Shown here in pieces: positions 54,630-64,000 of a DNA stretch of 64,000 bases; position 1 is the first letter of the stretch; the number at the start of each line of letters is the position of its first letter. The DNA is taken from assembly GCA_044360195.1 (NCBI GenBank), contig JBIKKT010000005.1:5744-69743 (forward strand), in the 5' to 3' direction. A model generated the notes under the pieces. It searched no databases. It saw only the letters and a program-made list of their open reading frames with translations, and was not told the origin of the DNA. The position numbers and the translations under genes were made by a program. This stretch comes from Bdellovibrionota bacterium. Lineage in GTDB: Bacteria > Bdellovibrionota_C > UBA2361 > OMII01.

Positions 54630-56165
54630 ATGAAGACCACCCTGCGCCTCATCTTAGGCGACCAACTCAACATTCAGCACCATTGGTTCAGTGAACCGAA
54701 AAGCAGCGCAACGTATCTGATGATGGAGGTCAAAGATGAAGCCTCCTACGTCACTCACCACATCCAGAAGGTAGCAGCGTTCTTCCTAGCGATGCGAAGC
54801 TTCAAGGATATGCTTGTTGAGCAAGGCTACTCGGTCATCTACATAACCCTTGATGACCCCTCTAACCTTCATTCACTCGACAACAACATTGCGCAGCTCC
54901 TCTCAACCAAAAAGTTTTCGCGCTTTGAATATCAGAACCCTGATGAATTTCGCGTGAAAGAGATCCTCTCTCAGCTCTGCTCAAGGATTGACGTACCTTA
55001 CCAGAGCTTCTCATCAGAGCACTTTCTGACTGACGAAGCTTTTTTCAAGTCTGTGTATCACGGTCACAAGCGGTATGTGATGGAGACCTTCTATCGAGAG
55101 GTACGGAGGCGCCACAACATCTTTCTTGAGGATGGTGAGCCAATTGGCGGCAAGTGGAACTTTGATTCAGAGAACAGAAGCAAGCTCCCGGCCTCTATAA
55201 CACCACCACCTCCGCTGAACTTCCCGCGCGATGCGGCTAGTATCACATCCCTGCTTGAGCGATCTGGTGTTCAAACCATCGGCTCCATTCCTAACAATTC
55301 TCTCACCTGGCCGCTTACGCGCGATGAAGGCCTTAAAACTCTCGAGTATTTCTGCTCCACGCTCCTGCCACACTTTGGCTCGTATCAAGATGCGATGCAC
55401 ACCGACCATCGTTTTCTCTATCACTCACGACTCTCATTTGCGTTGAATGTGAAGCTCATATCTCCAAAAGAGGTCATCGCGCGGGCCATTGCCGAATGGA
55501 GAGCAAGACCAGAAGAGATAGCCATCCACCAGATTGAAGGCTTTATTCGCCAGATAGCGGGATGGCGAGAGTTTATTCGCGGTGTGTACTGGGCACACAT
55601 GCCGCGCTACAAGGAGCTAAATTTCTTTAACGCAAAGCGTCCCCTGCCACACTTCTTCTGGGACGCCGACACGAAGATGAACTGTGTGCACCACGCCGTA
55701 AAGCAATCACTGGAAGAGAGCTACGCGCACCACATTCAACGTCTGATGATAACCGGAAACTTCGCTCTCCTTGCGGGACTTGATCCAGACGAAGTTGACG
55801 CCTGGTACCTTGGGATCTACGCCGATGCAATCGAATGGGTACAACTTCCGAACACGCGCGGAATGAGTCAGTTTGCTGACGGAGGAATCGTTGGCACCAA
55901 GCCGTACGGCGCTAGCGCAAATTACATTAACAAGATGTCAAACTACTGCTCTGGGTGTGCGTATAAGTTCAAGCAGCGCATCGGCAAAGACGCCTGTCCG
56001 TTCAACAGCCTCTATTGGGATTTTTTGCTCCGTAACCGCGAAAAACTTGAGAAGAATCCGCGCATCGGTATGGTATACCGCACGCTTGCGGCCATGAGCG
56101 AAGAGGAGAGAGCCGATATTACCACACAGGCAGCTACAATTCTTAATTCACTTGAAACCATATAG
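54630..56165 (+). CDS. FeS-BCP family cryptochrome/photolyase (PhrB-like (6-4) photolyase with a 4Fe-4S cluster)
   Basis: N-terminal LRLILGDQL. A C-terminal cysteine cluster (YCSGCAYKF...DACPF) supplies three of the four expected Fe-S ligands. A GAGGTGA ribosome-binding site precedes ATG 54630. Confidence 0.75.
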   Translation: MKTTLRLILGDQLNIQHHWFSEPKSSATYLMMEVKDEASYVTHHIQKVAAFFLAMRSFKDMLVEQGYSVIYITLDDPSNLHSLDNNIAQLLSTKKFSRFEYQNPDEFRVKEILSQLCSRIDVPYQSFSSEHFLTDEAFFKSVYHGHKRYVMETFYREVRRRHNIFLEDGEPIGGKWNFDSENRSKLPASITPPPPLNFPRDAASITSLLERSGVQTIGSIPNNSLTWPLTRDEGLKTLEYFCSTLLPHFGSYQDAMHTDHRFLYHSRLSFALNVKLISPKEVIARAIAEWRARPEEIAIHQIEGFIRQIAGWREFIRGVYWAHMPRYKELNFFNAKRPLPHFFWDADTKMNCVHHAVKQSLEESYAHHIQRLMITGNFALLAGLDPDEVDAWYLGIYADAIEWVQLPNTRGMSQFADGGIVGTKPYGASANYINKMSNYCSGCAYKFKQRIGKDACPFNSLYWDFLLRNREKLEKNPRIGMVYRTLAAMSEEERADITTQAATILNSLETI

Positions 56166-56170
56166 GCTAC

Positions 56171-57568
56171 ATGAAGCAATACAAACGTTCTCTTCACATC
56201 TTCCGTCGTGACCTTCGAATCCAGGATAACACTGCATTAAACGCCGCACTATCATCCTCAGAGGAGGTGTACACCTGCTTCATATTTAACGATGCGCAAG
56301 TGAAACCGCACCGCTACCGCTCTGCAAATGGCTTAGCGTTTATGATTGAAAGCCTCGAGCAGCTCTCAGCCGATATTGAAGCAAAGGGCGGAAAGCTGCT
56401 TGTCCTTCACGGTGACCCTCTAGAGACACTCGGTCAGCTAATCAAGAAACTCTCAATCGATGCTATCTTTGTTAACAAGGACTACTCCCCTTATGGACGC
56501 TCTCGGGATGAAAAGCTTTCGGCTCTCTGTAGCGCTGAAGGGGTAGCGTTCTCACTACATGCAGATCTGCTCCTGGTAGACCCTCAAGTGTTTGGAAAAG
56601 ATGATGGTAAGCCGTACACGGTCTTTACCCCGTTTTATAAGAAGGCAAGCAAACTCGCCGTCGCTAAGCCTCATACCTGCTCACTATCTGCGCTTCGCAG
56701 CCCCTCGACAGAGCTTCACTGCGTTGATCCGCGCCAGTTCCTCCCTTCTGAGACTGCTCCCAAGAGAGTTAGCCATGGTGGACGGACTGAGGGATTAAAA
56801 CGCTTAAAACGCGCTGCTACGCTCACTGAGTACGACAAAGAACGAGATCTCCCCGGATTACAGGGCACAACGCTGCTTGCTCCGCACAATAAGTTTGGAA
56901 CACTCTCAGTGCGCGAAGTGTATCACACGATCGCTGAAACCTTGGGTACTGGCCACACCCTTATTCGCGAAGTGTATTGGAGGGATTTCTTTACCCACAT
57001 CGCGTGGCACTTTCCGCATGTGTTTGGCCACGCGTTCAATCGTCAATACGACAAGCTCTCATGGAGTAAAAGCGAGAAGCTTTTTGAGACATGGTGTGAA
57101 GGAAAGACTGGGTTTCCTATCGTCGATGCTGGGATGCGCGAGCTGGTTCAGACCGGTTTCATGCACAATCGGGTACGGATGATCGTTGCATCATTTCTTG
57201 TAAAAGACCTGCACATCTCGTGGCAGCGAGGTGAAGAGTTCTTTGCGCAACATCTGACCGACTACGATCCATGTGTAAACAACGGCAGTTGGCAGTGGGC
57301 GGCTTCAACAGGATGCGATGCGCAGCCTTACTTTCGAATATTCAATCCGTGGCTGCAGCAGAAGCGTTTTGACCCTGAGTGTATATACATAAAACGCTGG
57401 GTACCTGAAATTGCAAGCCTTCCCCCCAAGGCAATTCACGAACTACACGAAGAGGATATGTTTCGATCAGTGAACTACCCCCGTCCGATCGTTGAACACT
57501 CGGTGCAGAAGGTGATTGCCGAGGAGATGTTTAAGAAAGTGATAGCCAGCGACGCGGCGCGGAGCTAA
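56171..57568 (+). CDS. phr: deoxyribodipyrimidine photo-lyase (class I CPD photolyase/cryptochrome family)
   Basis: N-terminal LHIFRRDLRIQDNTAL. FAD-binding domain motifs WREFF-like (YWRDFF) and HNRVRMIVASFLVKDL. Confidence 0.85.
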   Translation: MKQYKRSLHIFRRDLRIQDNTALNAALSSSEEVYTCFIFNDAQVKPHRYRSANGLAFMIESLEQLSADIEAKGGKLLVLHGDPLETLGQLIKKLSIDAIFVNKDYSPYGRSRDEKLSALCSAEGVAFSLHADLLLVDPQVFGKDDGKPYTVFTPFYKKASKLAVAKPHTCSLSALRSPSTELHCVDPRQFLPSETAPKRVSHGGRTEGLKRLKRAATLTEYDKERDLPGLQGTTLLAPHNKFGTLSVREVYHTIAETLGTGHTLIREVYWRDFFTHIAWHFPHVFGHAFNRQYDKLSWSKSEKLFETWCEGKTGFPIVDAGMRELVQTGFMHNRVRMIVASFLVKDLHISWQRGEEFFAQHLTDYDPCVNNGSWQWAASTGCDAQPYFRIFNPWLQQKRFDPECIYIKRWVPEIASLPPKAIHELHEEDMFRSVNYPRPIVEHSVQKVIAEEMFKKVIASDAARS

Positions 57569-57610
57569 TGGCTGTCTGGTAGCTGAGAGAGGCTTCATCG
57601 GCTCTTTTAC

Positions 57611-58543
57611 TCAAGGAACATGGATAAACACATCCATCTGCTGCCCGACGTAGGAGTGCAGAGCCCCTGGATTGAACGCATAGAGCACCTGTAGGACCCG
57701 AGTATCAACCCGCTCGGTCGTTGACCCAGTTAAGGACCGCTTGGGAATAATATAGGGTTCCGTTCTCACAAATCGCAGAGGAACAGAGAGTGCACTCCGT
57801 CCCTTGAGATGACCCGTAGCATCGGCTCCTGGCGAAAAGCGCCAGACATCATTCTCATCAATATCGACCCGGACAAAAAACTCCTCTACGTCTCCGATTA
57901 TCATGATCGGGTGGCCTTTAGCCTCAGCTGATACCGCCTCTCCTACTTCAGCATCCATCTGCAGAACAGTGCCGTTAATCGGCGCCGTGACTGTTAGGCG
58001 AGCGATATCCGTGTCTATTGCTGCTAAAGCCGCTTCCGCCTGCGAGACTCGAGCGCGCGAAATCTCAACAGCGTGTCGACGCTTCTCTCTCTCTTCTCGA
58101 CTTATGGCTCCGGCCCCTTTGACTGATTCAGCCATCTCCAACAAAGTGGTAGCTTCTGCAAGCTGCGCTCGAGCTAAGCGCTCAGCCGCACGACGCACTT
58201 CTCGTTCTGCGCTGTAGCTTCTCTCATCAAGGGCAAATAGTGGATCGCCCGCCCGCACTGTGGCCCCCGCTTCAACGAAGACCTTAGCAACTATACCCGG
58301 CAGATGGCTGCCGATCTGGATATTTCTTGAGCGCGGTTCAATAATTCCTGCTCCTGCGATCGTTACGTTGTATCCGGATTGTGCGGGACGCTCCACCTGG
58401 CTCGCTGGGGCGGCGTCTGAGGCGTTCAGACCGATTGCAATGGCGGTAAGAAGAACGCCGCACAGAGCCAACACCGGCAATCCAGCCCCACGCGGGAGAG
58501 TTAACGGTCTTCTCTTCGAGGGTTCATTTGAATCAGTGTTCAT
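57611..58543 (-). CDS. HlyD/MacA-family periplasmic adaptor (membrane fusion protein)
   Basis: N-terminal TM helix. Coiled-coil hairpin. Beta-barrel and lipoyl-like segments. Confidence 0.75.
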   Translation of the reverse strand: MNTDSNEPSKRRPLTLPRGAGLPVLALCGVLLTAIAIGLNASDAAPASQVERPAQSGYNVTIAGAGIIEPRSRNIQIGSHLPGIVAKVFVEAGATVRAGDPLFALDERSYSAEREVRRAAERLARAQLAEATTLLEMAESVKGAGAISREEREKRRHAVEISRARVSQAEAALAAIDTDIARLTVTAPINGTVLQMDAEVGEAVSAEAKGHPIMIIGDVEEFFVRVDIDENDVWRFSPGADATGHLKGRSALSVPLRFVRTEPYIIPKRSLTGSTTERVDTRVLQVLYAFNPGALHSYVGQQMDVFIHVP

Positions 58544-59243
58544 AATTCTCTAACTCCTGCTCTGTTACCATTCCTTCAATCATGCCGTCGTTCATACGGA
58601 CAATCGCGTCAGCGTACGAGAAGATACGAGCATCGTGGGTTACAATTACAAGAGTGGTTCCCTCTTGATGGACCATCTCTCGAAGTATCCCCATCACCAT
58701 ACGCCCTGTCTGTGCGTCGAGAGCGCTTGTTGGTTCATCGCATACAATCAGTGAAGGTCGGTGAATGAGAGCTCTGGCTACGGCTACCCGCTGCTGCTGG
58801 CCCCCCGACAGCTCTGCGGGGAGTGAGTCAGCTTTATTACTCAGACCTACACGTTCCAGCATCTCGGCACCCCGCGCAATCGCTACTCGAGGCAACTCGC
58901 CCAAAATCATTAGAGGAACCGCCACATTCTCGGCCGCGGTGAGCTGCGGAATCAGATTGAACTGCTGAAAGACAAAACCGAGATTGACCCCGCGCCACTC
59001 AACTTGGCGATTAATTTTCATCTCTTTCAGGTTCTCGCCCAAGACGATGCACTCCCCTTCATCGTGTTGAAGTGTCCCAGCGACCACCGAGATCAGCGTC
59101 GTCTTACCACATCCCGATGGTCCGACGAGCATGAGCATCTGCCCTCGTGGTACTTCAAGAGCAATTCCGCGCAGTGCGAAGGCTTGTCGTTCGCCTGAGC
59201 CAAAGCTTTTAGTAACCCCTCTACATTGAATTGCATGCTGCAT
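58533..59243 (-). CDS. ABC transporter ATP-binding protein (MacB/LolD-type)
   Basis: Walker A GPSGCGKTT. Signature LSGGQQQRVAVARAL. Walker B LIVCDEPT. Preferred start ATG 59243 (MQHAIQC), 7 nt after the permease stop. Confidence 0.85.
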   Translation of the reverse strand: MQHAIQCRGVTKSFGSGERQAFALRGIALEVPRGQMLMLVGPSGCGKTTLISVVAGTLQHDEGECIVLGENLKEMKINRQVEWRGVNLGFVFQQFNLIPQLTAAENVAVPLMILGELPRVAIARGAEMLERVGLSNKADSLPAELSGGQQQRVAVARALIHRPSLIVCDEPTSALDAQTGRMVMGILREMVHQEGTTLVIVTHDARIFSYADAIVRMNDGMIEGMVTEQELENYEH

Positions 59244-59250
59244 AGGTCTG

Positions 59251-60411
59251 CTACGATTTAAAAACGATTGCTGGTTCAATTCGGAGAACGCGGTAGACGC
59301 TCAGGGTTCCGGCCATAATACAGCAGAGAACAATGCTCACCAATCCAAAGACGGGAACATGCCATGTCATACGAAAGGCGAGCTCACCGTCCCCAAGAAA
59401 AAACCCGCCAACACCGGCGATGCCAAGTCCTATCCCATAACCAACGGCTCCGGCCAGGGCAGCCTGGAGCATCACCATGCGTACGATGACCCTGTTCGGA
59501 GTACCCATCGCCTTGAGCGTCCCGAAATATCGTGTGTTATCCAAAACGAAATTGTATAGGAGCTGACCGGAGACCAGCACACCGATAATGAATCCAAGCC
59601 CTATCGTAATTCCAAAATTAATAAGAATCCCTGTCTTCTGAAGCGTGTACCACAGGGTTAACTCTTGAAATTGCTCGGCAGTGTGCGCCTTCATCCCAGT
59701 CATAGCCTCAATGTGCTTTGCAACGACCTGCAAATTCTCGCCGGGCCTGACCCGCGCGAGAACGTATGTGAGCATTTTTCGCTCTTGAGGCGCCATCTGG
59801 AGAGCCCGAGAGAATGTAGTGTAGACCATAGGCTCCCAGAAGAACTCTTTGTGCCTGCGAAAGACGCCGACGACGCGAGCCTCTGAATCATTCATCGAGA
59901 CCGCATCTCCGGTCCGAAGCGGTCGAGGTTCACGAGCGCGCTTGAGGATAAGGGTCGATTGCAAGTCCGCTTCGTCGACGAGCAGTGCCTTATCTTGTCG
60001 TAAGTCAGTCAGTGCCCCCTCGACCATTGTCGGTGGCCCGCCGATGAGACTCGCGTCATCTATCCCAATGACCCTAACTTGGTGAAGACTGCCGTCTGGA
60101 AGCCGCATCTTCACGTACCCTTTGAACATTGGCACCGCCCAGGCTACACCATCAACGCCACGAACACGATTAAGCATGCTGAGGCTCATCGACTTTGTGT
60201 CCTCGGTAAATTCAACCTGTGGGTCGAAGATCCACAAGTCAGCAGCCGCGCTATCCTTTAACCATGCAGTCGTACGCGACGCATACCCGGTGAAGATTGA
60301 GGCTTGCTGTGCGATGAGAAACGAAGAGAAAGCCAGGCCGGCTACTAGTCCGTAGTACTTAAGTTTATCTCCAATCAACATTCGTACTGCAACGTAGGAA
60401 AGCCGAGCCAT
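59251..60411 (-). CDS. ABC transporter permease (FtsX/MacB-like)
   Basis: N-terminal TM helix. Large periplasmic domain. Three C-terminal TM helices. Confidence 0.75.
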   Translation of the reverse strand: MARLSYVAVRMLIGDKLKYYGLVAGLAFSSFLIAQQASIFTGYASRTTAWLKDSAAADLWIFDPQVEFTEDTKSMSLSMLNRVRGVDGVAWAVPMFKGYVKMRLPDGSLHQVRVIGIDDASLIGGPPTMVEGALTDLRQDKALLVDEADLQSTLILKRAREPRPLRTGDAVSMNDSEARVVGVFRRHKEFFWEPMVYTTFSRALQMAPQERKMLTYVLARVRPGENLQVVAKHIEAMTGMKAHTAEQFQELTLWYTLQKTGILINFGITIGLGFIIGVLVSGQLLYNFVLDNTRYFGTLKAMGTPNRVIVRMVMLQAALAGAVGYGIGLGIAGVGGFFLGDGELAFRMTWHVPVFGLVSIVLCCIMAGTLSVYRVLRIEPAIVFKS

Positions 60412-60414
60412 AAA

Positions 60415-61071
60415 TCACCGTTCGACCGTTAAGCCCCTAAGTAAAGCGTCGATGAGCATGTCTGTGCGCCGTGCGAGTGGTGCCCACTCTAGCCAGTCTG
60501 TATGCTGCTCTTTGCAAATCTCAAGCGAAACGACGCCGTGCACTCCAGCCCAAAATGTTTGACACAAAAGCTCTACATCAGCAGACCGTGTACGGAAGCG
60601 CCGCGCCTTAAGAATGGCAGCAACGGTGTGTTGCAGAACGGCGTACGCATCCTGGGTCGGGTCACCTTTGGTAGCACCATCGTTGCCGTTACTACTACCG
60701 ACATACTCAACCATAAACATCAATCGGTAGTGATTTGGATTTTCCACACCGAACTGCACATACGCCCTACCGATGGCACCAAGTCGCTCAACTGGATCGA
60801 CAATCGAGAAGGCATTATGAAACCGCCCGGCGAAGCGCGCAAAATCGACCCGACAAATCTCTCGAATCAGTTCCTCTTTATCTGAAAAATGGCGATAGAT
60901 GGCCGGCGCCGTATACGAGATGGTGCTCGCGATTCGCCGCAGCGTTACCGCCTCGTAGCCCTCGCGCGCAAATAGCCCTCGGGCTACATCCATTATCTTT
61001 TCACGGGTTACCAGGCGCTCTTTCTCTCTTCGGGACATAGAGTGCGACGCCTGAGGTCTCTGTTTCGCCAT
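60415..61071 (-). CDS. TetR/AcrR-family transcriptional regulator
   Basis: Helix-turn-helix VTLRRIASTISYTAPAIYRHFSDKEEL. Lies upstream of the efflux genes on the same strand. Preferred start ATG 61071. Confidence 0.8.
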   Translation of the reverse strand: MAKQRPQASHSMSRREKERLVTREKIMDVARGLFAREGYEAVTLRRIASTISYTAPAIYRHFSDKEELIREICRVDFARFAGRFHNAFSIVDPVERLGAIGRAYVQFGVENPNHYRLMFMVEYVGSSNGNDGATKGDPTQDAYAVLQHTVAAILKARRFRTRSADVELLCQTFWAGVHGVVSLEICKEQHTDWLEWAPLARRTDMLIDALLRGLTVER

Positions 61072-61243
61072 ATAGTTTACATTGTTACCTAAGTTAACAA
61101 CGTAAACTAAGCTTCGAAGTTTTTCAAGCTCATTCGAGGAGCGCCTTTTGATGGGGCCCATTTCTAATAGAATCTCGTATCCACGTCACCGATCCGTGTC
61201 GGAACTCCATAACCTGTTTGAAGTGGTTTGAAACGGTTTTGGG

Positions 61244-62827
61244 ATGTCTGAGCAGAAATTCAACAAGGCACCAGGGGGTGACTCTCGCAACGCTACTGGT
61301 TTGTCAGGGCTGTTGGATCTATCTACGCAATTCTTCAATCGAAGCGTGCTCCCTATCGGCGCAGCGGTTCTGTTGGCTGTTGGAGATAGCCAAAAAGCTG
61401 AAGCTGCTCCGAATCTTCCCAAGAATAGCCTAACACCTCCTCCAGCCTCGGGGCTTGCAGCCCTCTCAGCTCCAAAGCAGGAAATTATCTCAGCGCACTA
61501 CAACATCCAGAAGGGCGACACTATCTCCCATATAGCTAAATGGTTTGGCATCTCACAGCGAGAGATTGAACGCGCCAATCCAGGCTTAGAACCACACAAG
61601 CTGCACGTAGGTCAGACCCTCTTCCTGCCTGGACTTCGAAGCGGATTCCACGTCATCAACAAAGGCGACAATCTGACAACGATCGGTCAGAAGCACGGGG
61701 TTTCACTCGAAGCGCTTAGCAATGCAAATCCAGGTATTGATCAGAAAAGGCTGCAACTTGGAACTCTCCTTAAGGTTCCAGCCCAAAAGCAGCACGTTGA
61801 ATCAAATCAAAAGCTGCCTAGAGTCCCCCCACAGCCCAGCATCAATCAGCCAGCACCCGTGCCAGCATCATTACCGAAGCAGCCCGTCGGTAGCTCGCTC
61901 GCGACCACCACGTCTACACAGCAGACGAACGGTGCCGCGACGGCTGTCGAATCACCCAGCTTTTGGGCAAGCCTGCTAGCTCTCTTCAACGGCGAGGGCG
62001 GAAAGACTAACAATCCGAATGACCGTGCCCACCAAGGCGACGTCAAAATGACCAATTTGGGCATCACACCCACGGCGATGAAACAGCACCTTAAAGCGAA
62101 CGGAGTGGCTGAACCAACTCCCGACATGATTAGAGATGGGATCAGCAAACTAACAACCGAAACAGCTATACCTATCTATGCTGCTGGCTACTGGAAGGCT
62201 GAATATCAACAGCTTGGATCAAAGTTGTCGTTCCTTGTATTTGACTGGGGTGTGAACTCACATCCCACAGTTGCCATCAAGCAGCTTCAAACAACGCTCG
62301 GTCTTGAACAAGATGGAAAGATAGGCACAGATACGCTTAAGAAGATTCATTCCTACCCCGAAGATCAGATCTGCAAGCTCTACATCGAGCGACGAAAGGA
62401 GTTTTACCGCTCGATAGTCGATGCGCATCCGAACCAGCATGAATTCCTTAAGGGATGGTTAGCGCGCTGCGACTCCGCCCTGGCATACGTAAGCTCTCCA
62501 TCTTTCGATCGTCTCAATAAACTATTCGAACGCACTGCTATTAAAGAACGCAGCCTTGCCATCCCGCTCCTCTATGGGGAAAAGACCTTAGGTTGGGGCG
62601 TGAATGAGCCTGCTCTGACCCGCTGGCTTCAGGAGAATCTAGTCAAAGCGGGCTGGCAGGTGAGTGTCGTTGACGGTCGTTTTGGCACAGAGATGACCAG
62701 AATCACAAAGAGCTTCCAAGACCACTACAAAATCGAAACAACACCGGATACGCATGGAAAGTGGGGCCCAATCGAGACCCGTGCACTACTGGCTTTACTT
62801 GCGGGTCCTACGTTGGCGAACAAGTAA
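61244..62827 (+). CDS. peptidoglycan hydrolase: two LysM domains, a GH108-like lysozyme domain and a PG_binding_1 domain
   Basis: LysM blocks (YNIQKGDTISHIAKWFGIS and HVINKGDNLTTIGQKHGVS). GH108-like EGGKTNNPNDRAHQGDVKMTNLGIT and FDWGVNSHPTVAIKQLQTTLGLEQDGKIG. PG_binding_1-like C-terminus. Confidence 0.65.
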   Translation: MSEQKFNKAPGGDSRNATGLSGLLDLSTQFFNRSVLPIGAAVLLAVGDSQKAEAAPNLPKNSLTPPPASGLAALSAPKQEIISAHYNIQKGDTISHIAKWFGISQREIERANPGLEPHKLHVGQTLFLPGLRSGFHVINKGDNLTTIGQKHGVSLEALSNANPGIDQKRLQLGTLLKVPAQKQHVESNQKLPRVPPQPSINQPAPVPASLPKQPVGSSLATTTSTQQTNGAATAVESPSFWASLLALFNGEGGKTNNPNDRAHQGDVKMTNLGITPTAMKQHLKANGVAEPTPDMIRDGISKLTTETAIPIYAAGYWKAEYQQLGSKLSFLVFDWGVNSHPTVAIKQLQTTLGLEQDGKIGTDTLKKIHSYPEDQICKLYIERRKEFYRSIVDAHPNQHEFLKGWLARCDSALAYVSSPSFDRLNKLFERTAIKERSLAIPLLYGEKTLGWGVNEPALTRWLQENLVKAGWQVSVVDGRFGTEMTRITKSFQDHYKIETTPDTHGKWGPIETRALLALLAGPTLANK

Positions 62828-62880
62828 GGTAGGTGGCGAAGCAGAGCGATAAGGATAATTTTTGCAGAGCTAGCACTCCC

Positions 62881-64000
62881 CTACCGCACCCGCACCGTTG
62901 AAGAGTTCTCGCCGTAGTCGTTCTCAACTCGGCATTTTACGGCTCGCGCTCTGGAACTACTCGGCCTCTTTAGCCTGAATGAGTAACTTCCAGATGACGA
63001 GCTATAGGCGGAGCCGCGCACTTTTCCGGAACATAGTAGATCAACATTTTCATCGCTGACTGCATCACCCCACGCATCTGTCATACGACCTGAGAGGATA
63101 GCAACCGAACCGCGCCTCTTTGCTTTTAAGGTAAGATAATAGGCTTCAGAATCCGGTGGTTCATCAGCAGGGGGAGAATCCGGATCCGGAGTTGGAGCCG
63201 GAGACGGAGCTGGATCGGATGGGCTCGGCGTCGTTGCGATGGCGGCTGCTAGAGCTGCAGCGACATTTATTCGTCCGCCTGATACAACTTTAGTTGTTAG
63301 CGCGGATATCGGATCGACTGTTTGCATCAGGATAGTTTTTATCTGTGAATAAGAGAGCCCAGAGTTACCAGCCTTCATGAGCGCTACCACCCCGGCTACA
63401 TGCGGCGTCGCCATTGAAGTGCCGCTGTAAGATGCATACCCCCCGGGAATCGTACTAACGATATTATTTCCAGGCGCAGCAACGTGAACTGTAGTTCGTC
63501 CCCAGTTCGAGAAACTCGCCAGCGAATCAGATGATGTTGTTGCTGCAACAGAGATCACATTCTCATGCACTGAATTTGCTGGATACGAAGGCGTTACGTC
63601 GTTATCGGTGGTCTCGTTTCCGGCTGCTACCACGACAAGGATATCAGCTGCTTTAGCTCCAGCGATTGCATCCTCTAATATAGAGCTGTTGTTTGAGCCG
63701 CCAAGAGACATACTGATAACAGAAACACCTCGGGCCACAGCGTAATCAATTCCTGCAGCGATATCTGAGAGGTAGCCAGAGCCCTGATTATCAAGCACCT
63801 TAACAGCCAGTAGCCCCACCTGCCAGTTTACACCCACCACACCAACGCCGTTGTTGCCGCGCGCCCCGATAGTGCCTGCGCAGTGAGTCCCGTGACCGTC
63901 ATCGTCATAAGGGTCACCGTTACTATAAGCAAAATTGTACCCTCGATAATCATCAACGTAACCGTTCCCGTCATCGTCAACGCTGTTATCCGGGATTTCA
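62881..64000 (-). CDS. S8 subtilisin-family serine peptidase, partial; the 5' end lies beyond the window end
   Basis: His motif DDDGHGTHCAGTIGA (translated from 63880-63930). Ser motif GTSMATPHVAG. Pro/Ser-rich linker and C-terminal domain. Confidence 0.8.
   Translation of the reverse strand, partial: EIPDNSVDDDGNGYVDDYRGYNFAYSNGDPYDDDGHGTHCAGTIGARGNNGVGVVGVNWQVGLLAVKVLDNQGSGYLSDIAAGIDYAVARGVSVISMSLGGSNNSSILEDAIAGAKAADILVVVAAGNETTDNDVTPSYPANSVHENVISVAATTSSDSLASFSNWGRTTVHVAAPGNNIVSTIPGGYASYSGTSMATPHVAGVVALMKAGNSGLSYSQIKTILMQTVDPISALTTKVVSGGRINVAAALAAAIATTPSPSDPAPSPAPTPDPDSPPADEPPDSEAYYLTLKAKRRGSVAILSGRMTDAWGDAVSDENVDLLCSGKVRGSAYSSSSGSYSFRLKRPSSSRARAVKCRVENDYGENSSTVRVR

Overview
This 64 kb window is from a bacterium of moderate-to-high GC content. 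Lipobox lipoproteins, an HlyD periplasmic adaptor and a TlpA-like periplasmic redoxin indicate a diderm envelope. Most genes are on the minus strand and tightly packed.

Layout from left to right:
- 1-1250: the 3'-truncated trigger factor gene and a divergent tRNA-Leu(UAG).
- 1267-16366: a tightly packed minus-strand locus. It contains a Tad/Flp-type pilus or secretion module: CpaE/TadZ, a 52-aa Flp pilin not in the ORF track, CpaB, the CpaF/TadA ATPase, TadB and TadC. Directly downstream and apparently co-operonic are a complete FlhA/SctV-family export-gate protein, a membrane pseudokinase with a HEAT-repeat domain, and a TlpA-like lipoprotein. A Hanks Ser/Thr kinase, an FHA protein and a PP2C phosphatase flank the locus. 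No secretin, prepilin peptidase or minor pilins are present in the window. This is the most unusual system in the window.
- 16.5-28 kb: a PduO-type cobalamin adenosyltransferase, a response-regulator-PP2C phosphatase, HMG-CoA lyase, an MFS transporter, a bifunctional nuclease, MiaB and several lipoproteins.
- 28-44 kb: a glycan locus made of a priming sugar-phosphate transferase, four GT4 glycosyltransferases, a GtrB/ArnC-like GT2 and two large possibly GT-C-like membrane proteins. Inside it sit a RAYT/IS200-like HuH transposase-family gene flanked by odd repeats, a cNMP-binding DUF1003 membrane protein, a PAS/REC-like protein and a degraded sensor histidine kinase remnant.
- 44-51.7 kb: a purple-acid-phosphatase-like enzyme, a DUF4143 AAA ATPase, an ABC-F protein and a DUF4160/DUF2442 pair. 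A 0.5 kb intergenic region here carries perfect inverted repeats and G-quadruplex motifs.
- 51.7-57.6 kb: a DNA-repair island with an ATP-dependent DNA ligase, its MBL-fold ligase-associated exonuclease, an unlisted DUF2256 mini-ORF, an FeS-BCP (6-4)-type photolyase and a CPD photolyase.
- 57.6-64 kb: a TetR-regulated MacAB-like efflux set, a LysM/GH108 muramidase and a truncated S8 subtilase.

No CRISPR array or rRNA was seen.
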